Origin: the human T2T-CHM13v2.0 reference genome, Homo sapiens
Length of the DNA stretch: 64,000 nt
Reading direction: 5' to 3' (one strand)
NCBI RefSeq assembly: GCF_009914755.1
Contig: NC_060937.1
The notes below the pieces were generated by a model. That model saw nothing but the letters and a program-made list of their open reading frames with translations. It did no database searches and was not told where the DNA came from. The position numbers and the translations under genes were made by a program. Shown here one piece after another: positions 47,137 to 61,865 of the stretch. Every line of letters starts with the position of its first letter. The first letter of the stretch is position 1.

Positions 47137-47819
47137 GCCCCCAGTGTCTCCATCCCTCATGGACAAGGTCTGTATGTCCTCTCCTGAGTGTGAGGAGCAC
47201 CAGTGAAAATGAAGAAATAACACCCCAATTTGTATGTTATATAATATGCGAAAAGGGTTTTTTTTAGAGACATAAGTAAGATCCCTAAACAGTTGGCTTT
47301 GAGTTACTCAAAAGGGAGATTATCCTGAATGGATCTGAGCTCCATTAAAAGAATCAGGTGAGCTCCTGAAAAGAAGATGAAGCATCATTGAGATCCTTTT
47401 CTGCTAGCCCGAACATAAACAAATAGCCATGTTATTAACTGCCCATGGAGGAGATACATAGCCAGGGCCTAGTGCCAGCCTCTACAAGTGGGAAGAAATT
47501 CTTTGCTGACAGCCAGAAAGAAGACAGGAATTTCATTCCTACACCTAAAAAGAACTGGATGCTGGGGAAGGGGCCAGTGGACTGGTGGATTGGAAGAATA
47601 TGCTGAGCTCCACTTGAACTCAGCCATGGCTGGTACTTTGCTTTCAGTTTTGTGAGACCCTGAGCAGAGAACCCAGTTCCTAGTTATCCCAATTTTGGAC
47701 TTCAGACCTATAGAGAGTGTGAGATGGTGAATTTGTGTTGTTTTAAGCACTAAGTTCATGCTCATCTGTTACACAGCAATTGAAAACTAATACAACACCA
47801 ATGCACGTTTTGAATGGGA

Positions 47820-48561
<742 letters not shown>

Positions 48562-49110
48562 ACTCAAACTAAATATTATATAAATTGTTTATTAATGACC
48601 ATGAAAACCTACACAGCAAGCAGTCTCAGTGTTTACCTTTTTAAAAATTTCTTACATTTATTTATTTGCCAGATGTTCAAAACCTTCTTCTTCAGTAAGA
48701 ATTTAATTCTTCAATCTCCTCCTCTTTTATACCTAAGTTGTTTTCTTCCCTGAAAAATCTTCCTGTATCATTAAACTGTCTTTTACCTGCCCTTTTTTTC
48801 TTCTGTTTCTAGGGAAGATTCCAGTGTTCTAGTGAAGACTGTTTTCAGACTAATCACATCGCCGTTATCCATTAGAATAAATGACTTCTATTGCCTCTGG
48901 GGCCGCCAGTCTCATTCACTCCTCTATTTCACCCGTTTTCAAGCTTTCTCATTCCACTCGCATTTCCTTTCTGTCCCAGAATATCCTCAGATCTTTTGTA
49001 CGCCTTGCATCAATTCTTTAAAGCCACATCTGTCTCTCTTCTCTTTATTGCAGTCACTTCTATCAAATTATCTTCTCTCGCTACTTATTTTCTCAATGCA
49101 TATTCCTATC

Positions 49111-49770
49111 TGTATCAATTAGAGTCCAGTCAGGCAACCATATCTATCAAGTTATTGGAAGGAGAGAATTTGATATAAAAAAATCTTACCCCAATGTATA
49201 AAAGTGTTACTAAAGGATAAACAAAAAACTGATGTAGCTTGGAAATTATTGCTGCGGGAAGCAACTGTCATTCCTAGGGCTGAAGGAAGATTCTGGAAAT
49301 ATTAAATCTTAAAAACGTAGGAAGTTACTCAGATCTCTGCAGAGACTAAAGTAAGACCCCTGAGGAAGGAACGCCAGTTCAGCTGGTACTGGTGTATCTG
49401 AGTTTGGGAAGGGTCCTGAGGAAGGCAGCACTGTTTAGATGGCTCCTGAGAGGCAGCTGCCATGAAGCTGGTGGGGCACATTTGGGAAAAACTGGTAAAT
49501 GGATTCAGCTTCTGCCACAAAATGAGTCACCTGCTGAAGGTGTGAGAAGACCCTATTGGAGTGAGGCTCACAGGAATTACAAGCCCAGGAGAAGCCCCCA
49601 GTGAGCAGACAGGAAGAAGCAAGCTCCCTTTCCTCTCCCAGCCACACAACCTCCTTTCAAGGCCCCGCGTGGGCAAATTTGTGGTGTTCAGGATCCCAGT
49701 TCTACCATCACAAAGCCAATCTAGAAGGCCGAGTTGGGTGCTGAACGACCATAGCTTAAATCTATTGCAT
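49111..49770 (-). mobile_element. Ancient LTR (LTR78/LTR79-like)
   Basis: tgtatcaattagagtccagtcagg...gagagaatttgatataaa...cctagggctga; family name uncertain. Confidence 0.5.
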
Positions 49771-50034
49771 TTTAGCTTTGGTGCTTATACTTCTGTAACA
49801 ATACCTTTTTAATTATGTTTATTATTTTAAGAGATCGCATAAACTCACATAGTCTAAAACCAGTGACATCTTACCTGAATTTTTTTCTTATGTGACTACT
49901 GATATTGAATGAGTCCATAATTGTCCTCTCTGATACTTGACTCTTGGTTTTTCTAGTATATACCTAGGTATTAGCTCTCTAGGTTCATAATTGATTTACC
50001 ATTGTCTTTTACAACTTTAATGTATAATATATAC

Positions 50035-50600
50035 TTATTCTTTCAACAAATATTAATATTAACAAACATTAATTCAAAGTCTATCATGGACTAGCCGCTG
50101 TGCTATTTGACACATAGAAAATGATCAAGATTAATATAGTTCTGTCCTTGTGGGTTTTATCTGAAAAAAATATATCAATCATTTTTCAATGATTATGTTC
50201 AATGAGGACTGAAAAGCTAAAGCATAGTGCCGGTTGAGAAATGGTAGACACACACATATAAATATGCATGTCTATATAGACATATTTCTACATGTGTCTA
50301 TATAGACATATATAAGTATGTGTATATTTACAAATAGATGTTTATTTACATATATTTCAGGACAGCCTTTGTGAATGTGCATAGGAGCAGGTTGTAACAA
50401 AATTATCTGACTTACATTTGAGGAATAGGCAGGGCTTTCCTGAAGCAATTTTATTTCTAACTTCAAGAGCTAACTCGATAAAACAGTGTATGGAATTAGG
50501 AAGTTTCCAAGAAAATGGGAGAAACACTGAGAAAGGCATTAAGCAGGAAGGAACTTACTTTGAGGAATAGAAAGAAAGTTAGCAGAGGTGATAAATGTAT
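50035..50600 (-). mobile_element. L2 3' end fragments
   Basis: ttcaacaaatatt...ctgtgcta...gttctgtccttgtggg...ggaataggcagggctttcctga. Confidence 0.55.
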
Positions 50601-50759
50601 ACAAGTGATAACTTCCACAAAATTATTTTATTATCTCTCTGTTGTGTCTATAGTATAATACGGAAGAGTACAGTATAATGTTCTTTCTATAGCATACCAC
50701 ATACACACTTACAGATGTATATACATATATACATGTAAACATGTGTACATACATATATA

Positions 50760-51082
50760 CAGTGGGGGATTGGTTTCAGAACCCCCCTCAGATACAAGAA
50801 TCCATAGATGCTTAGGTCCCTTATGTGAAATGATATTATATTTTATATAAGCTATACACATCTTCCCATATATTTGAAATCACATATAGGTTACTGTTAA
50901 TACCTAATACAATTTAAATGCTATATAAATAGTTGTTATACCATATTGTTTACGGAATAACTATGACAAGGAAAAAACTTGTATGTGTTCAGTACAGGCA
51001 CAACTATTCATTTTTTTTGAATATTGTTAATAAATAGTTTGTTGAATCCATAAATATAGAACCCAGGGACATCAAGGGCTGA

Positions 51083-51086
<4 letters not shown>
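50760..51086 (+). mobile_element. MER2 TcMar-Tigger MITE
   Basis: cagtgggggattggtttcag...aatacctaatacaat...gttgaatcc...agggctgacta. Confidence 0.85.
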
Positions 51087-51123
<37 letters not shown>

Positions 51124-51370
51124 ACACACACACACAATATACACACACTACACACACACACTACACACACTACACACACTACACACACAATACACACACA
51201 CAATACACACACACTACACACACACACCACACACACAATACACACACACTACACACACTACACACACACACTACACACACTACACACACTACACACACAC
51301 TACACACACACACTACACACACACTACACACACACAATACACACACACACTACACACACACACACACACA
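51086..51370. repeat. Compound CA-based VNTR: pure (CA)n ends with CACACACTA / CACACACAATA units
   Basis: About 285 bp read directly. Confidence 0.95.
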
Positions 51371-51889
51371 TGCACACCAATAGAAATATGTCTAGACATG
51401 TATGTATATACACATATGTCTAGTTTTAGACATCAGGTACTTAAGAAATGTGTTCTATTTTGGTAATGTAACATCTTATTCTTGACTGGGGAGGAAAACA
51501 ATTGACTTAATTAAATAAATTTACCAATATTCAGACTAAAGTTTCACTATTTGTCAACTGTCTGTATACACTCTGATGTTTTAGGAGCTTAGTTTCAGTG
51601 ATTTTTGTTGTTGTTGTTGTTGTTTTTCAATTTTATACCTTCCCTTGATGTATTTTATTCCTTACTTTGATCATCCTTGATTTTCTGTTACAACATTCCA
51701 AGAAGACACAAAAACCTATTGTATCTGGTCAATTAATTAAAGATACACAATTCATTTTAGTAACCTCTCTGTTTATTCCTGATCATACATTTATTTTAGC
51801 ATTTTCAGGTTTCTATGGTCCTTTAATTTAGAAATAATCTTATAAGTATTTTTTCCTGTAAGAGAAAATAGCAAATACATTTCTCAGCA

Positions 51890-52470
51890 TATAGTAAAGA
51901 ATTTAACCTTGCCCAGAGGGTGGTCTGGCCTTTGCCCTCAGCTCCTGGGAAGTGATTGCTAAGCTCTGGAAATGTTCTGCCTGATAAGAGTGTCTTTGTT
52001 CTTGGGCCATGCCATATAATCTAGGGCTTTGAGTGGCCGGGTATCAGCTTAATACCTTCAGAGGATCTGGGGACTAGGGTGGATCATGTGGGCAGGGGAT
52101 CATGTCTCTGTGACAGAGCCCCGTAAAGACCCTGGACACCAAGGCTTGAGAGGGTGTCTTTGGTTGACAATGCCCTATAAATGTTCATTGCTAGGAGAAG
52201 TTAATAGTGTCCCTGACTATAAGAAAAAGCAAACCTGGATGTTTCATTTTTGAAATTCTCTTGGATTCTGCCCCACATACCTTGTCTTTGGCTGATTTTG
52301 ATCTGTCTACTTCCATTGTAACAAACTGTAACTGTGAATATAGCAACTTTTAGTGAATTCTGTGAGTCTTTCTAGAAAATTACCAAAACTGAGGTGGAGT
52401 GGGAACTTCTCAAACTTGCTAGGGTGTCAGAAAAGGAATCATCTTGGTGACTGTTTCCTAATTCACCCTC
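51890..52470 (+). mobile_element. MER77-like (MER21 group) ERVL solo LTR
   Basis: tatagtaaagaatttaaccttgccc...ggtctggcctttgccctcagctcctggga...tgaattctgtgagtctttctag. Confidence 0.8.
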
Positions 52471-53147
52471 AGTAGATTAAAAAAAAATTGCAAATAATTT
52501 AAACACAGAAAAAATCATTGAAAGTAGTCATATTTTAGAGTGGCAATATTTTAATCTTGATAATTACAAAGGAATTAAGGAGGATATTATGTATATCTTA
52601 TTGATGTAATTTCAAATATTATTTTTCTTTTTGAATTATTGAACTGTAACTCTAAAAAATGATTACTATTGATACATCCTCCAAAATTTTTCCAGACAGT
52701 TAATATTTCTAATATTGTGAATCAAAGGTACAAAATCAAAGATGAAATAAATGAGAATATAAGTCATTGCACTGAAAATCATGATGTGTGAATGTTAGAC
52801 CTAACTCTTCTACACAAAAACTCACAAGGCCTTCAGCATATCACTTAAGCTTTTTACCCCTCTTCTAATTTTTGAGGAGAGAGTGAGTATGCAACAATGT
52901 AAGAAGTGAGAAACTATTTTCTTCAGGGACATTTTTATTCCAGAGCCTTTATTCTATAAATTTGTCTTTTTAAATCATATTAAATTATGTAGAAAAACAT
53001 TAAGTAGAAAAGACCGATTATTATAAAATTGTGGAAAGAAATTGGTAGTTGCCTATATAACATTAAATGACTCAAAAGTACTTAATAATGCTTAATTTGT
53101 TCTTCATGTAGAAATATCCATTGCATATTAAGAATTTCTTTTTCTAA

Positions 53148-53422
53148 GGCCAGGCGCAGCAGCTCACGCCTGTAATCCCAGCACTTTGGGAGGCAAAGGC
53201 AGGTAGGCACTTGAGGTTAGGAGTTGGAGAACAGCCTGGCCAAGATAGCGAAACCCTGTGTCTATTAAAAAGTATAAAAAATAACCTGTAATCCCAACTA
53301 CTCAGGAAGCTGAGGCAGGAGAATCACTTGAACCCGCAAGGCGGATGCTGCAGCGAGCGGAGATCGCGCCACTGCACTTCAGCTTCGGTGACAGAGTGAC
53401 ACTCAGTCTCAAAAAAAAAAAA
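53148..53422 (+). mobile_element. Alu (AluS) lacking the start of the right arm
   Basis: A-rich linker runs straight into cctgtaatccc; degenerate TSD aatttctttttct/aatctctttttct. Confidence 0.92.
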
Positions 53423-55503
53423 AATCTCTTTTTCTGAGTCAGAAAATCATTTATCTTCAAGCACTTTTACAAAATTTCACCCAGTTTATATAGTCTGTTT
53501 GTAGGTGTTAATTTACTACTACAGTCTTCCCTTGATGTTTTGTTCACTACTAATGGGAAATGTTTTTCAATTTTTTTTCTAGTAACAGGACAGATGTCAA
53601 TTCCATTACAACATAGTATAGACTGCTCCTCTCTCAGACTTTAGAAATCAATGACTCATCTTTATTAGTCCTGCTCATCAGAATAGAGAGAAATTAGATA
53701 ATCCAGTTTACAATGGCTACTGAATATTAGTGCTGTGAATGGAGATTGCTTTTAAACAAAATTCCTTATTCTGTTCGTTAGCAAAGCCACATCCTGAGGC
53801 TAACTACAGCATTCTGTAGCTGAACCCAGTCATGATCTTGCCAAAACTCTGAAGGAGCATAAGAATGGCCAATTCTAATTATTGGTTTCCCTATTAATCT
53901 ATTACATGCATTATAACGACCATCTATTGGCACTTAGGTTTCAACGCATAAGTCTCCTTTACATACCCCAGTCTGCAGAATGTGGTGTTCTGAATCTGAA
54001 TTCCGGTTCTAATAGCCTGTAAAGCTCCATAGTCTTTTTACAGGACTGGCTTCCTATACTGGTTTTTTCTAGTTCATTCTCTGGAAATTGAAGTTCATTC
54101 CCTAAATACTAACTTGCAACAAAGACAGCTTTCCTGCATTGATCATTATATCTTTTTATGTTCTACTTTCCTAATGGAACATCATTATTTTGTTTCAGGT
54201 TCCTTAATATTGAACATTTTCATGTATTATGACTACAAAACTTTGGGTTCTCTGTTGTAATTTGCTTACCAAACATAACTTACCTTTGCCACCTGAAATC
54301 TAAATAGTTTCACTAGAATTTTTCCTGTTCTTTTTGGCAGGTTATCCCAATACATGTTAGGACACTGTTAACTACCTATCCCTTATATAGATTAACTGCC
54401 ATATATAACTGATACATAATGAGTTGTGGCTACACTTCATTAAATGTGCTAGTCAGTCTGTAAGTCACAATAATAAAATTTAATACCCTTTACAGTACTC
54501 AATAAAGTCTATGACTATATTATATTATAATAAGTTTTTAGGAACTTCGTTACTTTGATTTCATTTTCTGCAGTGCCGATCAGTTTGAAATCTCAATTCT
54601 CCTAGAAATAACTGAAAATTCAATTAAAGGCATTGGATTTAACTACATCAAAACCAACAGAAGTTCTAATACTTATACTGAAACACAGGAAAAAATGAAT
54701 CAGAAAAGATATAATTCTTATATAAAGACATATGAATCTCTGAAGCATCAAAGAAAAGTTAGATGATGAATTAGTGTGGCTAAGGTAAGAGGAGAAAGTT
54801 TGAATAGGAAGATACCAATAAAAAGAGATAAGCTGCTATCCTTCCTCACTGGCAAACATGTTTCAGCAAGGTTGATGCTGAATACAGCGCAAACAAACAA
54901 AATGCTCTCCATCAGAGGCAGATTCTTCCTCATTCTTAATGAAAATGTCCCTGAGTATATGTTTGAAAGCCAAATGTCTGAATGTGTAAAAGTGAGATGA
55001 CAGAGGGCATGAGAGTTTCCTTTCCAGAAAGCCAATAATTAATTCTAAAATTTAGTGCTTTATTTGTCTTTCCCCAACTTAAGCAAATTCAGCAGGCAGA
55101 GGATAAAATGTACAAGAACTCAGATATCATGGAACCAGTGGCAGTTCTCCATTTTGAATCTTCATAATGCTTTATATATCTGGAATAAAATGGGGAAAGT
55201 TAAATTTCTTCTCCCATTGGACCAGATTGTCTTACTTTCTTCCTGTATTCGTCTGACCAAAACCAAAGAGAGAAGATTCCTGTGTTCTTGTTAGCCCACA
55301 ATTCCTGAGATAGTGGGAAGAGACTATACAACCTGTAAGAACCAGATGATGCAGGATAACTAGTGGTAGGAGATTCATAGGAACAAGAGCTCTATAAGCA
55401 TGATGAAAAAAAGGGGCAGGTAAGATTGAAGGCCAATTTCAGGTAGGACTGAGAGAAAGTCAGCTTGGCAAGGCTTCTCTTCCTTAAATACCATTGTCTA
55501 AAC

Positions 55504-55727
55504 CAAGCTTGTCCAACACACAGCCTCTGGGCCACATGCAGCCCAGGATGGCTTTGAATGTGGCCCAACACAAATTTATAAACTTTCTTAAAACATGAGA
55601 TTTTTTTTTTGCAGTATATATATTTTTACCTCATCAGCTATCATTAGTTTTATCTTATTTCATGTGTGGCCCAAAATGCTTCTTCTTCTAGTGTGGCCCA
55701 GGGAAGCCAAAAGACTGGACACCCCTA
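55504..55727 (-). mobile_element. MER30 hAT-Charlie MITE
   Basis: caagcttgtccaac...gcccaggatggctttgaatgtggcccaacacaaatt...agggaagccaaaagactggacacccct. Confidence 0.9.
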
Positions 55728-56839
55728 GACCTTCCTTATATCTCAGCAGAGGCCATTTACCCTATTCTACATAAGAAGACAATGGAACTACCACAGAAGA
55801 GCTCCAAATTATCTTTTGAAAACTGAGACATGAAAGGTAAAATTGGACATAAAAATAACATATAATAGCCATCAATAAAAATTTAGATACAACTGTGAAG
55901 CAAAGTAGACTGTGTCAAAGTTAAAAACATTAAAATTAAATATCAGGAAATGATATTCAGAGGACACATAATATGAATTTTAGAATTAAAAACAAAAATA
56001 TAATCATGACATAGCTGGTCAGAAAATAAATAACAAACTGAATAAAGGTAGGAAGAGAGGGTTATAAATAAAAGTCAGCAAGGCAATAAATTTAGAGTAA
56101 AGCCATTTTGTCATATAAGAGTAAGTAGGATTTTCACTATCTCGTGAGAATACAGTTTTCTTTAAAACAGAGGGAAAAATTAAAATTGAATTGTATGTGT
56201 TTTCATGATGCTTAATATCTAAATAAGTTTTTTTGAATGTTTTTATACATGGGGATCATGATTAGAATGGGAAAGCCCAAGTTTGGAGCTGCTATGAGAT
56301 ATTGTAATAATTTAAAATAGAGAAAGAACAAATTGTTAGTTTAATTCTCTATTTGTATTAACAACGTAGTAACATCAAATTTATCTAGAAGTTATACTAT
56401 AAAGTGCAGCTCTGGGTTATGAAATAAAACCAAGATAAGACTGCAAAAACCAAGACATGAATGTAATAAAAAAGGAGGAAAAAGTGAAAAAGTAAGAACT
56501 CTGAACAAAGTAAATGACTGACAGAATGTCAGCTTTAATACCATTCATGTTGAACTCTATGAAACGTTCTTGTATTTGTAGAGGACTAGATGCAATTTCA
56601 AAACACTTATTTATTAACCTATTACAGGTGAGTCACTGCAAACTAAGAGGGAAATAAAGGCTATTGGAGGCTATTTAGACAAAAATGACAAAAACATAAG
56701 AAAAAAAAGATTTAACAGTGAAAACAGAAAATCAGAAAGTAGACCAAGAGTTCTACTATTGAAAAACGAATATACCAATGTTACTTTCTATCTCATAATC
56801 CCTCACTTATTAGATGTATACATGTGTACATATTTGTTA

Positions 56840-57915
56840 GTATACTTAGCTCTCTCTATATATCTATGCTAACTTTTTGAACTTTGCATTCAAAATAATG
56901 AATGGTTATACCCCCGCACCCAGATCTTGGGTTCTAATAGCATTTTCCAATAAAAGGAATCTAGAGTCAACGGGAAAAAAAATGAGTGATTTTAGAGCTA
57001 AGACAGAGAAGCATGCAAGATGATCCTGCAGCATCCTGGAGTGCCAGAAAGGAAGAAAATGTTCAAAAAACAAACTCTAGAGGCATGTAAAAGTGACAAA
57101 GGTGTCAGTCTGAAGCAACTCCCAATGACCAAAACCTGGAACAATTTGAGAAACAAAATAATATGGCATTCAATTATGATCCAATGAATAAAATAAACAT
57201 TTATGAGTCTATGCTTATACAAATAAATTATAAAATAAATGGGGCAGGATAGAAAAATTTCCAATGCAGAAAGTTTCCACTCCATTGAAGAAAAGCATTT
57301 TTCTTGCATCCTCAAGCATGACTGTACATAGTGACTTCCTATTAAGGAGTATGCTATGTAAAAGGGGATGAGAGAGAAAGTAACCTCATAGTGGAGAAAC
57401 CTGACAAACATTCCCTAATGAGGGGGTCAAAGTTAACATCAACAGCGATAAAGCATGTTGATAGCATATACCCTAATATGACGTCCGGAGAAGGGCACTT
57501 TACCTCTGTGGACTTCCTCCTAAAAAAAACCATCACCACTATCTAACCATGAGAAAAACATCAAACAATTCCCAATCGAAGACATTCTACAATATACTTT
57601 ACCAGAACTCCTGAAAATTGTCAAGGTCATCAAAAAATAAGAAAAATTTCAGGAACTATCTCAACAAAGAGGAATCTAAGGAGATGTGTAAATGTAATGT
57701 AGTAACCTAGATGGGATTTTGGAACAGAGGAAGAAATGAGGAGAAAAATGGGAAAATATAATGTATTGACTTTATTTAATAAAAATATATAAATATCAGT
57801 TCATTAATTGTGAGACATTAACCAAAAGAATGTTAAGAATAGGGGAACCTTGGTGTGGCAAATGTAGGAACTCTAAAATTATTGCAATACTCTTGTAAAA
57901 CTAAAACTGTTCTTT
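56840..57915 (+). mobile_element. L1MC/L1MD 3' UTR
   Basis: cccagatcttgggttctaatagcattttccaataaaaggaa...gtggagaaacctgacaaaca...tgtcaaggtcatcaaaaa...aaactaaaactgttct. Confidence 0.8.
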
Positions 57916-58109
57916 GAAATTTCCTAAATGTTTAAATATTACATAAAATACAAGAAAAAAATGGTTAAAATTAATGAAATAAATTCTTATATTCCATTAG
58001 ATAAAGAGCAAAGGCCACATTCTGCAAGTGTCTGTGGTGCTCATTATCATATAACACACACAATGCGAGTTAAAGAGATGTCTTGAAGAAAGTAATACCA
58101 GAATTAGAA

Positions 58110-58710
58110 TGTCAGCTACACTAGGTAAGTCTCTTGGCTCATAAACAACAGAACATCGATTCAAGATACCTTAAGAAAAATGTCGAATGAATTGGATGGA
58201 ATAATCAAACCACAGCAAGAACAAGAATGGACTGGCCTTAGGAATTTTTATAATCAGTCATTTGAATAGCATCTACACTTAATCTCTCACTTCTGTTGTT
58301 TTCAACATACAAACCTTACAATTTTAGTTAATCATTTTCTTTGACTGTTGTTGGTATGTTCCTGTACAAAGCAACAGAGCTCCAGAAAAAAAAAAAAGAA
58401 CTTTTATTTGCAGGGCTGATTTGCCTGAAAGTTCAAAGCTTTTAGGCAAGAACTCTGATTGGCAAGTCTTGGGTAATAAGTCCAGCAGAGCCACTCACTG
58501 TGTCCAGAGTGGTGAACCTGTGTCTACACGTCAGTCTGTCACTGCAGCCGGGGAAGCAAAGTCATGAAAGGGCAAGCAGCTTCTATTCAGACAACATGAC
58601 AATAGTGGAGGGAGAAAGACACAGAGGGACGGTTTTCCTAAGGAAGCTGGTGGCCGCACAGATAAACGGCTATAACAGGCAAAAACGTTTAACCAGAGAG
58701 CCAAAATAGG
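58110..58710 (-). mobile_element. Very old MLT1 LTR fragments
   Basis: cttggctcataaacaacagaac...ctctgattggcaagtcttgggt motifs. Confidence 0.45.
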
Positions 58711-58996
58711 TAACATTTATACTAGGAATTTTGTATAATTTACTATATGTATTATTTTTCCCCAAATGCCAGAAAGTTCAGGGTAAAATTTGAAAATTAC
58801 ACTTGGCTTTCCTATAGGTTTTATATTTATGCTTCCTATTCAAAATGTTACCTGGTTGGTAATGCATAATAGCTAGAGTCTCCCTAGTCTGTACACTTTC
58901 CAATCTGTCTCTCAGACTTTTTTTAACCTGATTTTGTAAGCATTTAAGTTATTTTTTTAATAAGCTGTTTTGGCTGATTTTTAGAATTAGTAAATC

Positions 58997-59440
58997 TATG
59001 TTGAGATTCTCCAAGAAGCAGATACCAAGACACTATAAGATTGACAAGGGACCTGTGAAGGAAAATGCCTATGAAAGAAAGAGGGGAGGAAACAGGAATT
59101 GGAAGAAAGAGCCTTCAGACTGCAAGGCAAGACTGGCCTGTTACAGCACAGGGCAAGCAAGGAGGATTGCTTAGATGGTCTCATCACAGTTTTAAGAAAG
59201 TCCCTGTCCAGGCAGTGGGGACTACATAGCCAGTGTTGGCCTGTTAGCATAGATGAGCTCTAGGAACAGGACAGCACTAGCACCTCAAACACACCCAGGC
59301 ACTGAGTGGGAATAATCTGGGGAAGTGGGATATCAGCAGAAATGGGGTCCTTGATCTCCAGGGACAGGAGCTGGAGCTGTCAGTCAACCACACTCCATCC
59401 CCCATGAGATCTGAGTAGCACATTTTTATAGCTGTCTCCA
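58997..59440 (-). mobile_element. LTR16/LTR33-like ERVL LTR
   Basis: ccaagaagcagataccaagac...aagagccttcagactgcaaggc...ggagctgtcagtcaaccacactcc. Confidence 0.55.
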
Positions 59441-61865
59441 GGAGGGACAAGAATTATAAACAAGTAATATATGGACTCCAAATTTAATAATAATATCACT
59501 AAATGTCATCAAGCAAAGGGCAAAGGTAAATGTCAATGCATCCTTGCCTCAGAGGACCAGCTAGGAATCCTGCAGAGGGATGAGCAGAGGCAGAGGATGG
59601 TGCTTTCATAGGAACAGAGCTGAGACCTCAGTGGGGTTGGGCTCCAGCCTGGCCAACAGGTGGCAAAAGATTTAAGTCTGTGTTCCAGCTATTAAAGTGG
59701 GTTTCTAGCACCTGGGAACCTCAGAGAAAGCAAAAGTAAACAGTGACCCTCCCTGCTCTGGTTTGGAGAAGTCTCCTCTCACCCTGGAGGTAGCACTAGA
59801 TAGCCAGTCACAGAGTCCCTGAGCTATTCACCTGGACACCCTCTTTTTGTTTCTCATGTGTGATCTTTTGCAAGGCTTAAACCATGGAATTGCAACAAAT
59901 AGAAGAACGTATAATACTCTCACAACAGCCAATGTCAATCCAGAGCTTGATAGAAAGTGAGCCTCTGAGAGCTTCTGAATGGGCTCTGAGGATGGAGCAT
60001 AGATGATATAATGAAGTACTGTTGGGCTCATGTTCATAGCTGATAATGCCCTCCCAGGGAACAGACCATCCATTTTCAACATCCCATTATCAAGCAGCAG
60101 GTTAGGTGATTTTTAAATGTGAGCTTCTTAATAGCCAGATTATGATATGCCTACAGGTTTGAGGAGTGGGAGGCAGGAGGCAGGAATGAATGATTAGACT
60201 AGTGCCAGCGAGAAGGACAAAGCTCCAATTCTTCTGTTCAGCGCTGGAGTCTACACAACAAAGAATGATAGCAGCAGGCAGTGTGCGCCTTGCAGGCATG
60301 TGTTGACATCCTAATAAAAAATAAAATTCTGATTTTCATTCTAGTTCTGCAAATCATCTTTTTATGGCCCTGTGTTTTTCAAAAAGGAGGGAAAATGCAG
60401 GAGAGGAGTGGGGGTGGGGGTGGTTTGTTTCTTTTGATACCTGAAGACAGAATGATACAACAGAGCCATTTCAGAAGGAGCAAATAAATATACAGTAGAG
60501 ACAGCAGGTGGTATCACATCTGTCAAATTAACTTTGTCCAAATAAATATTTTCTCTACAATCCCCAGCTGTGTGGAAAAGTAGAAACCTACGAGAGTCTC
60601 CCCATGATGACATTTAAAAGAAAGATGTTATTGGTGGTGCCTTGAGATAAAGCAATAAGTTTATGGTTGAGTGTTAGGGAATTTTCCTTTGTTTTTTTTC
60701 TCCTTCATTTCTGCTACAGCATATGTTTTGATCTTTTTTTACTCTTTATTATTAAAATTCAATGATGGTAGTTACAGTATAATCAGGATCAATGATGGAT
60801 AATTACCTCCTTTCTCTGCCTTCCTTGTTGTTATTTCTTAGAAGAGAACAGGGGCAGAGATGTCTTTAGAAAATCAAGTGATAAGATAAATTGCTAAACT
60901 AGGAGGAACATTAAAGCTTATATACACAAGCACCCTGTGTAATATCCTCAGAAGAACTTTGTAGATTGTCCACAGTGACAGCCAGGGCTAAATTAATATC
61001 TACATATTTCTTGGTTAGTGGGCTTCAGTCCTCTACCAAATACAGGTGTCTTGACATTTTCTGTTAATTTTTTTTATTTCCTTATTATTCTTTCCAGTAA
61101 CTGCCTCTCTCCCCGAGTACTCTGACTTCTTGCAGTAGCCTGACCAACTTCCCCAGGGAGGCCTAGCTTAAAAGACAGTTATTAAAGAAAACTTTCCCTA
61201 CTAAGTGTTAGTTAGTTTCTGAAAAATTACCTTAGCTACCTGTGCACATTGAAATGAAATTACCTCAATGATCTGGCACTTGTAATTTACATAAAACAAT
61301 AGTCTTGGGTGTCTAGAAATAAAATGATAGCAGATGAAGACAGTTGTTTCAGTCTGAGAGAGAAATATTAAGAAATGTGTGTATATGGTAGGTGTAAAGC
61401 GGATTCAATGATGCTTTTCCGAGACACCTCTCCAGTCATACAAAACAGGTAGTTGCCTATTTGATCTAAGTCTAAAACCATCCATGATTAGGAAATTTAA
61501 AAAAAATACGAAATAGGAATTGAGATTCCCTAAAGTTGGGAAAATCATATTGGTCCAATATCCGGTTTGTGTTTTCTTCTTTAGGTAAGCAAAAATAAAA
61601 TGTGTAAAAAGAGCTGATTTCTTTTTTTTTTATTATATTGTATTTATTTGCCATCAGATAGGACAAAGAAAAATGAAATTTATTATTTTGGAAAGTAGAA
61701 GAGATTTGTGTTTTTGTTTCAGTCGCTTCAAATGTGTCCATTATGGATCTATGCTGTCATTACTGAAATAATTAAGATACCTGTTTTTGAGTAAAACTGT
61801 TATATTTGATATTTAGGATACAGTTTCCTCTAGAAATTTAGAAAGATTCCTATATTAAGGAGAAA

